A stretch of 64,000 nucleotides of DNA from Vitreimonas sp. (GTDB taxonomy: Bacteria; Patescibacteriota; Microgenomatia; UBA1400; PJMF01), in the NCBI GenBank assembly GCA_035627515.1, contig DASPLQ010000012.1:1098331-1162330 (forward strand), read 5' to 3'. The notes under the pieces are model-generated. The model was not told the origin of the DNA and did not search any database. It saw only the letters and a program-made list of their open reading frames with translations. This document shows, piece by piece, positions 27,931-34,341 of the stretch. Each line of letters begins with the position of its first letter. The stretch's first letter is position 1. Made by a program: the position numbers and the translations under genes.

Positions 27931-28248
27931 ATGACAGATGATAGCATTCGAATACTAAACATCATTTTCGCTCTTGGGTCACTCCCTCCAACAGCAATTC
28001 TTTTGGTGTCACTCATTGCTGAGTATAAAAAAGCCCGCCTTTTATTAAAACCAACACTCACTGCACTCATCTTCTTGTTTGGAACATTTTTAGCTATTTC
28101 AATTGCTAATACGATAATCTCATTTTTTTTCTTAACTAATCAGGATCAATTAGCTACTCACTATTCATTACTACGTACGTTGTTTTTTGATGCAAGCTGG
28201 TTTACTGTATCATGGTCGTTCTTACTGATTCGCAGTAAATCAAAATAG
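27931..28248 (+). CDS. Three-TM membrane protein, possible holin
   Basis: Three hydrophobic segments; in the lysis cassette. Confidence 0.55.
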   Translation: MTDDSIRILNIIFALGSLPPTAILLVSLIAEYKKARLLLKPTLTALIFLFGTFLAISIANTIISFFFLTNQDQLATHYSLLRTLFFDASWFTVSWSFLLIRSKSK

Positions 28249-28263
28249 TGCTACTATTATTGT

Positions 28264-29361
28264 ATGCTGCCCACAACTCCTTTTAAAGGTGGTTATCGCC
28301 TTACCCAAACTTTTGGGAAACGTCCTGAGTATTACAGGCAATTTGGCTTTAATGGGCATGAAGGTTTAGATTTAGTTCCCCTCGTAAATAAAGTTCTCGA
28401 AGACAAAGACATTTATGCCGTTGAAGACGGTGAAGTTTTACGTGACGTTGACCCTGGCGAAAGATTCGATGCGTACGGCTATTTGACCGCCGTGTGGAAT
28501 CCATTAACTAAGCGCTGTTGGTGGTATGCCCACAACGCTTTCAACTTAGTGGAGCCAGGGCAAAAAATCAAACGAGGTCAAAAGATTGCTCGAATGGGCG
28601 GAAGCGGAAATGTACAAGGAGATCATCTCCATTTGGGCTTAACGATGAGTGATGAAAACAAGGTGAGATTAAATCAAACTAATGGCTATAAAGGATTTAT
28701 TGATCCTGAGCCAGCTCTAAAAGAGCTAAATCAAGGGGGAGTAGTTATGGCAAATACAATGACTATTGATACTGTTTTGTTCAGCAAACTGGTAGGAAAC
28801 AGTGGGAAATGGGACCTAACGGTCAAATATGTGGAGTTGCCCACCGACCCAGCTCTTACCTCATTTGAGGATGTTCAGAGGGTAGTTGCAGGGTATAAGT
28901 CTCGAGGAACTGATGTTCAGAACCAGATCAATGCAGCCACAGCAGAGCTCTCTAATAGAGTAGAGCAAGTTAGCAGACTTAAAGATCAAGCGCTAAACGA
29001 CCTAAATGTGCAAAAGACCCTACTGGACAACGCAATTTCAGCACGAATAAAAACCGAAGAAAGCCTTGGGGTAGTACAGGGGCAAGTAGTTCTAAAGCAA
29101 AACCAGATTGACGCTATAGCAAAGGAAAAAGGTGAATTAAATACTCAGTTGGTTGTTGCACAAAACTCCGCAAGTGATTGGCAAAAAAAGTATAACGACC
29201 TACTAACTACCCATGCGGTGGCTCATATCACCCTAGCTGATGCCATATTAATCTTGGCAAAATCCTTCTTTGGTTGGGCAAAGAATGTCCAATTGAAAAA
29301 AACCGAAGACTTAATAGATGTAGAAGAACTTATGGCAAAAGTTAACCCAGCAATTCAATAA
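28264..29361 (+). CDS. Endolysin: M23 peptidase plus C-terminal coiled coil
   Basis: HEGLD and HLH zinc motifs, YAH, VEPGQKIKRGQKIARMG. Confidence 0.85.
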   Translation: MLPTTPFKGGYRLTQTFGKRPEYYRQFGFNGHEGLDLVPLVNKVLEDKDIYAVEDGEVLRDVDPGERFDAYGYLTAVWNPLTKRCWWYAHNAFNLVEPGQKIKRGQKIARMGGSGNVQGDHLHLGLTMSDENKVRLNQTNGYKGFIDPEPALKELNQGGVVMANTMTIDTVLFSKLVGNSGKWDLTVKYVELPTDPALTSFEDVQRVVAGYKSRGTDVQNQINAATAELSNRVEQVSRLKDQALNDLNVQKTLLDNAISARIKTEESLGVVQGQVVLKQNQIDAIAKEKGELNTQLVVAQNSASDWQKKYNDLLTTHAVAHITLADAILILAKSFFGWAKNVQLKKTEDLIDVEELMAKVNPAIQ

Positions 29362-29383
29362 AGGCTTTAATAGCAATTACATT

Positions 29384-29411
29384 AAAGCCGTCCTAGTATG
29401 ACGGCTTTTTT
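29384..29411 (+). terminator. Intrinsic terminator after the endolysin gene
   Basis: AAAGCCGTC-CTAGTAT-GACGGCTTT-TTT. Confidence 0.8.
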
Positions 29412-29425
29412 GGTCAAAGGAGTTT

Positions 29426-29839
29426 ATGGTAACACTTGAACACGCAATTGAGGGAGTCCTCAGACAAGGTCAAAATAGGCGAGCCTGGCAAGAAGGAGAT
29501 ACTGTTGAAGAAGTCTATAAAATGCTAGAGAACGAGCTTAAGGAGCTTTGGGGCGGACTAATGGAATCCTTTGTTACAGGTGATGTTTGGCCAGTGGCAA
29601 GTGAGGTTGGAGATATTCTTTTTCTTTTAATTAGGTTTTGTGAGTTGTGTGGATTGGAACCGGCTGATGTGCTTGATATGAAAACCAAGAGAAATGCTAA
29701 AAAATATGATGACGCCATTTGCAATGACGGATACTTGCCTGAGCAAGTTCCTGGAGTAGCAAAACAATCTTGGAAAGCGATGGGTGGTGACTACATGTTC
29801 TCAAACATTTATCTAGACTACCTAGCTCACGCCGACTAA
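29426..29839 (+). CDS. MazG-like nucleotide pyrophosphohydrolase
   Basis: ENELKEL...SEVGDILF acidic helices and K..RN..KY motif. Confidence 0.8.
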   Translation: MVTLEHAIEGVLRQGQNRRAWQEGDTVEEVYKMLENELKELWGGLMESFVTGDVWPVASEVGDILFLLIRFCELCGLEPADVLDMKTKRNAKKYDDAICNDGYLPEQVPGVAKQSWKAMGGDYMFSNIYLDYLAHAD

Positions 29840-29891
29840 TTGGTTCCTTCCTACAGTTTAGTAAAGAATCGCATGGTATCCTCGGGGAAAT

Positions 29892-30071
29892 ATGAAAATA
29901 CTTCCTCCCCAAACCATGGTTAAATTACAGCACTTAGTGGGTTATTTCCCGTGTGCCTGGTGCATAAGTGAAAGATACAGGAAAATCAGCAATAAACTTA
30001 AAATGAGCCATGGAATCTGTGAAAAATGCGCACACGAACATTTCTATTCCTTACTTGATACAAGCCCATAG
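29892..30071 (+). CDS. 59-aa zinc-binding protein missing from the ORF track
   Basis: Hand translation contains CAWC...SHGICEKC; TG-G-TATCCT at 29874-29882 upstream. Confidence 0.7.
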   Translation: MKILPPQTMVKLQHLVGYFPCAWCISERYRKISNKLKMSHGICEKCAHEHFYSLLDTSP

Positions 30072-31082
30072 TCCCGCTAATTGTTGCTCGAGAACAACCA
30101 TATCAAATCGCTTATCCTGCTCTAACTTAAAGCTCCTCACGGCATCAATTGCCTGTTTCAACAACTCGGGGGCAGGTATGTTATTTCGAATCATTGGATG
30201 CATGAAAGTAGCTTTTCTAAGTGTTTCATCTGCTAAATGAGCATAGTTATTAAAGGTTGTTTGAATGTCTTTATGACCAAGAAGGTCGGCAACTTTGGTA
30301 ATTTCCACCCCTGAAGAGAGCAGCTGAGTCGCAAAGGAATGTCTAAAAAGGTGTGGATGGACACGTTTAGTGACTTTTGCATCAACTGCCCTTCTTTTCA
30401 GATCTGGAATAAATTCTTGCTCACGTATCTTGGTATTCATCATGCTTGTGAAAATAAGGTCGGTTCGTTCCTTTTTCTCTGAATCAATAATGTATTGAAG
30501 TTCTGAAACCAAAGGCTCTGATATGAAAGCAAGTCTATATTCTGTGTTTTTAGTTTTAATGAATCTGGCTTTACCATTTGAAATGTCAAGGTTTGCAAGT
30601 GTTAAGCTGGCGCACTCATCATATCGGCAGCCTGTTGTGGCTAAAAAGCGGATCATTGCTTTATAAACAGTGTTCAGTCTGCTGCAATCTCTACCTCTAA
30701 AATTACCATAACTCATATCGATAGAGAGTATCGCCTCAATTTCATTAACAGAAAGTACATCAATTACTGGTTTAATTTTGGGAAAAGACTTAATACCTTT
30801 AAGAAAATCTTCAGTTTCTGGCTCACGATCCCTTAGGTAAGCTAGAAGTTGCCGAAGCATAAAAATGTATGTATTAATTGTGTTAGTGTGGAGGCCTTTA
30901 TTTTTCAGTTCAAAGAGAAACCGCTCAATATGATTGACAGTGATGTTTGTGACAAGGTTTTCGGGTTTTTCACACCACTCGATGAATATACCAAGACGAC
31001 TCAACACGTGCCTGATGGAGCTATCCGAAATACCCTGCTTTATCGTGATAAATTGGATAAAATCAGCAGAGTTAATTTTCAC
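30051..31082 (-). CDS. Tyrosine recombinase/integrase (Xer-like)
   Basis: TGCR, KTK, HLFRHSFAT, LLGH and NYAHL catalytic motifs; N-terminal SAM-like domain. Confidence 0.93.
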   Translation of the reverse strand: MKINSADFIQFITIKQGISDSSIRHVLSRLGIFIEWCEKPENLVTNITVNHIERFLFELKNKGLHTNTINTYIFMLRQLLAYLRDREPETEDFLKGIKSFPKIKPVIDVLSVNEIEAILSIDMSYGNFRGRDCSRLNTVYKAMIRFLATTGCRYDECASLTLANLDISNGKARFIKTKNTEYRLAFISEPLVSELQYIIDSEKKERTDLIFTSMMNTKIREQEFIPDLKRRAVDAKVTKRVHPHLFRHSFATQLLSSGVEITKVADLLGHKDIQTTFNNYAHLADETLRKATFMHPMIRNNIPAPELLKQAIDAVRSFKLEQDKRFDMVVLEQQLAGLWACIK

Positions 31083-31095
31083 CTTTTCCTACTTC

Positions 31096-31123
31096 ATTTA
31101 ACATATTAAAGGTTATGCTTCAG
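31096..31123 (-). other. dif-like recombination site, candidate att site
   Basis: Minus strand CTGAAGCATAA-CCTTTA-ATATGTTAAAT, 11-6-11 layout; right arm 10/11 identical to the E. coli XerD arm TTATGTTAAAT. Confidence 0.65.
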
Positions 31124-31221
31124 TTATAAAACCCGAAACTTTGCAAGCATACTTTCATTAAAAAACAATTAACATTTGATAGGTAGAAATAGGACAATTG
31201 GAGCAGGTCAAAACTGCTGTA

Positions 31222-31250
31222 TTGACAGCCGTTCTGAACAGTTGTACTAT
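31222..31250 (+). promoter_or_regulatory. Sigma70-type promoter
   Basis: TTGACA-17 bp-TACTAT. Confidence 0.7.
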
Positions 31251-31393
31251 GAAGCATATCGGTACTAACTAGCACTTTAAATACACTTCTAAGCATAGTT
31301 AGTGACAAGACATTAAAATTCTTCTTTAAATTGAGACTCCGTTGAGATTCCCGCTTTCTTGAGGCAGAAGTAATTAACACACTACCACAACGC

Positions 31394-32284
31394 ATGTTGA
31401 ATGAAGAGCAAACTTCTTTATACGATAGTACCCAACCAGTGATTTTGGGTGCTGAATGGCTCGCAAGATCTCTCATTTTAACTCAGAGTGAGATGGCTGT
31501 TTCTGACATAGACTCACTTGAAGAATGTTTACCTCAGTTAGCTGCAGCTATTACTTTACAGGCTGAGTATTTGTTCATTCCCCGTCATAGTGGGACACAA
31601 ATGAGATTGACAAGAGGTTTACCAATTAATGCAGATGTCATTGCCACGACTGGGTTAGCGACTTTTCTTTCTGAAGCAGTATCAGAAAGAAAAAAAGGTA
31701 TCAATGACAAGGAGCTCGAGATTGTGATGTTAATTGGGCACCAAGGTTCGGGAAAAGGAGTGGTGGCAGAATACTTTGAAGCCCAAGGATACACGATTTT
31801 AACGATGTCAGAAATTGTCAGACAAGTTGTTGAGGCTTGGGGATTAAATTCCAGTTTAACGGAAGACAAGATTGTTGGGGGACAGATATTAAAACAGTAT
31901 TTTGGTTTAGACATTTTAGTGAGGTTAGGCATTGATTACTTACAAAGATCAGGAAAATCTAAGATCTTGATCGATGGACCTCGTGTTCCCGAAGAGGTTG
32001 AAGCTGCAAAAATGATGGGTGCTAGACTTTATGGAATTGTCACTGATTTAGACGGTGAAAAAGATCGTCTTCGACGGAAAGAGTTAATAATCAAACGATC
32101 ACAGGAAGATGTAAATCGCGCTCAAGACGCAGTTAAATTTGATATTCGCGAAGCCCAAGAGGCAGATAAAATAAATGCTTTATTGCGGATTGAAAGCGTT
32201 AAGATCTTTGTTAATAATGCCCCAAGTGTGGGTGAGCTTAATGCAGCATTAGATGTTTTTTTTGCCCAAGAACGTGCTACTTAA
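31394..32284 (+). CDS. P-loop nucleotide kinase (dephospho-CoA/NMP kinase-like) with N-terminal extension
   Basis: GHQGSGKG Walker A, ILIDGPR..EE motif. Confidence 0.7.
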   Translation: MLNEEQTSLYDSTQPVILGAEWLARSLILTQSEMAVSDIDSLEECLPQLAAAITLQAEYLFIPRHSGTQMRLTRGLPINADVIATTGLATFLSEAVSERKKGINDKELEIVMLIGHQGSGKGVVAEYFEAQGYTILTMSEIVRQVVEAWGLNSSLTEDKIVGGQILKQYFGLDILVRLGIDYLQRSGKSKILIDGPRVPEEVEAAKMMGARLYGIVTDLDGEKDRLRRKELIIKRSQEDVNRAQDAVKFDIREAQEADKINALLRIESVKIFVNNAPSVGELNAALDVFFAQERAT

Positions 32285-32371
32285 GCCTATTGTCTCTTAG
32301 TAAGTTCAATAGTATTCTCATTGCAGTTATTCTTTCCCCGCTGTTAAGCAAAGACATTTTCTCTACAGTTC

Positions 32372-32773
32372 ATGCAAGAATCTGGAGCTATAACTGTATC
32401 TATGCAAGATAAACATTTTTTACTTCTCCAAAATAATATTGAAGATATCAAAAAGAATCTCAATGATTTTAAGGATGAGATCAAAGAGGTTTTGTCAGAA
32501 ATGTTAGTTAGGGTTGGTGAAAAATTTGATGAACAAGATAAACGTTTTACAAAGATTGAGAAGAAGCTTGAAGAACATGACACGCGTTTTGATAGGATTG
32601 AAATAACCTTAGCAAACCATGATCGGCGATTTGATGCCATTGACCAACGATTGGATCGTCATGAGTTAAAAATTGAAAAACTTGATCTTAAATTAGATTT
32701 ATTTAAGGCTGAGGTTAAGAAAACGTATCTTACTAAAACTGAGTTTAATGATTACAAAAAACAACGCCGGTGA
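32372..32773 (+). CDS. Heptad-repeat coiled-coil protein
   Basis: Seven-residue repeats KRFTKIE / TRFDRIE / RRFDAID / QRLDRHE. Confidence 0.7.
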   Translation: MQESGAITVSMQDKHFLLLQNNIEDIKKNLNDFKDEIKEVLSEMLVRVGEKFDEQDKRFTKIEKKLEEHDTRFDRIEITLANHDRRFDAIDQRLDRHELKIEKLDLKLDLFKAEVKKTYLTKTEFNDYKKQRR

Positions 32774-32813
32774 GTGTGATATAGTACCGGTTAGTTATAG
32801 TTTTTTGCACTAT

Positions 32814-33632
32814 ATGTCAAATGCGGAACTCCTCACTCATTTAAAAGCCATGATAGCTAGAGGCGGGCAAGTATTAGCTACGGCTCGTCACAATCAAGAG
32901 CTTGATGCCACCACTGGGAAAATTAACTCCAAAGGCAATGAAACGCTAGCTATTGATATCGCAGTTGAGAAAAAGTTGATTGAGTACGCCCAAGCGCAAA
33001 CTTTGCCCGTTGTCATTTATTCAGAAGAAGCTGGGATAGTTAATTTTCATCCTGATCCTCTTTATACCCTGGTTATGGATCCTCTTGATGGCAGCAATAA
33101 TCATTTACAGGGACAAGATTTGTTACCTTATGGTATTTTTTTGGCGATGTATCAGACTCTATCGCCAGATATTGATGATGTGTTAGTGGCTGCAGCCTTA
33201 GAACACACACGTCAGTTAAGTTTCTACTTTGATGGTGAGAAAACTGTTGATGGTCACGGTCAGACGGTGAAGTTGCGGACTGATTGGAAAGTGGATCGCA
33301 AAACTCCTGTATATTTAGAAACTTTTGATTCTGGCTATGGGCAGTTTTTAGCTTTAGCCAGAACGATTTTTATCCATAATCAAGGAGCCTTAGTAGGAAG
33401 TTTAGGATACGTCCTCAAAGATGCGGCAGCAGCGATGGGTGGGATTGCGGTCAAGAGTGAAGAAGTGGGAGCGATTGTCGCTCTCATTGAAGGAGCCGGT
33501 GGTAAAGTCGTTGATTTACAAGGCAACAGTCTCAGAGACCAACCACTGGATCATACTCGTAAATATGAGCTGATTGGTGGTGCCCCAGTGATTGTGGATC
33601 ATATTGTCAAAGTTTTAAATGGTTACAGCTAG
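32814..33632 (+). CDS. Inositol monophosphatase/FBPase family protein
   Basis: SEEAG and DPLDGS motifs, IEGAGGKV; start moved to ATG 32814. Confidence 0.8.
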   Translation: MSNAELLTHLKAMIARGGQVLATARHNQELDATTGKINSKGNETLAIDIAVEKKLIEYAQAQTLPVVIYSEEAGIVNFHPDPLYTLVMDPLDGSNNHLQGQDLLPYGIFLAMYQTLSPDIDDVLVAAALEHTRQLSFYFDGEKTVDGHGQTVKLRTDWKVDRKTPVYLETFDSGYGQFLALARTIFIHNQGALVGSLGYVLKDAAAAMGGIAVKSEEVGAIVALIEGAGGKVVDLQGNSLRDQPLDHTRKYELIGGAPVIVDHIVKVLNGYS

Positions 33633-33648
33633 AAAAGTCTAAATTATC

Positions 33649-34080
33649 ATGAATGTTTCAGCAGAGTTAAACAAGCTTATTTTTAGGATTGAAACCAGAT
33701 ATCAAGCAACACGAAGGAATAAGTTCGAGTTACCTAACTTAAGTCAGGTGCAAATCATTGAGGAAAATGGTTTAGCTGCTGAGTGGACAATTGATCGAAG
33801 TGGTCAAACGGATGAGGGCATTATTTATTCTGGTTTAGTAATGATCTTTTTTAATGACCAAGGGATCTTAATTCCGCCAATTCAAGTAGAGCATTATGAG
33901 ATTCGGCCTGAAAAAGGTTATGGTCATGTTCGCTTTGGAGAAATTGATGAGCATGGAGATGTTATTCCTCATGCAGAGAAAGATGCGTTAGATAGTGCCT
34001 TAATTGTGGATATCATCAGAGAAATGGCGCGTGGTATTCCTGATTTGCCCGCTGACTCCACTGTGTTAAAATACCCCTAA
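33649..34080 (+). CDS. Hypothetical protein
   Basis: 143-aa ORF, no recognised motif. Confidence 0.55.
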   Translation: MNVSAELNKLIFRIETRYQATRRNKFELPNLSQVQIIEENGLAAEWTIDRSGQTDEGIIYSGLVMIFFNDQGILIPPIQVEHYEIRPEKGYGHVRFGEIDEHGDVIPHAEKDALDSALIVDIIREMARGIPDLPADSTVLKYP

Positions 34081-34092
34081 GTTAATAAAACC

Positions 34093-34300
34093 GCATGAGC
34101 TAAGCTATCACTTAGCCAGGTGCCTACAGAACACTTTGAAAAGTTAGTAGACTAGGCCGGGTAAGCCCGTCAACGCAGGAAGCAAGTATTTCACGCCGAG
34201 ATTTCACATTTCACGCGTGAAAACACAAGGTTGGTACCTTTCTCATCAGCCGAGAAGCCTTTTTGATTCATTAATTTTAGTGAGTCGAAAAGGCTTTTTT
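34093..34300 (+). ncRNA. T-box riboswitch (Ile, AUC specifier) with intrinsic terminator
   Basis: Stem I GCTAAG-CTATCA-CTTAGC, Stem II with AGAAC/AGTAG, CGGG-TAAG-CCCG IIA, T-box AAGGT-TGGTACC at 34227-34238, terminator 34255-34300; upstream of ileS. Confidence 0.9.
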
Positions 34301-34341
34301 GTTTGGTAGGTTAGTAAGTTCTGTTAAAAACTAAAGGATCT

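Larger units (their letters stand above)
1..31123 (+). mobile_element. Prophage (siphovirus-like), right part; left end lies outside the window
   Basis: Collinear terminase-portal-head-neck-tail-tape measure-fibre-lysis genes with no sheath gene, ending in a tyrosine integrase and a dif-like site; housekeeping genes follow. Confidence 0.93.

Noticed and set aside
29930-29995. Possible ribozyme-like three-way fold (CACTTA/TAAGTG)
   Set aside because: No hammerhead or HDV core found; the region is better explained by the 59-aa zinc protein ORF
34208-34224. TTTCACGCGTGAAA as a parS site
   Set aside because: It has 2 extra central bases and lacks the outer TG/CA; it fits Stem III of the T-box
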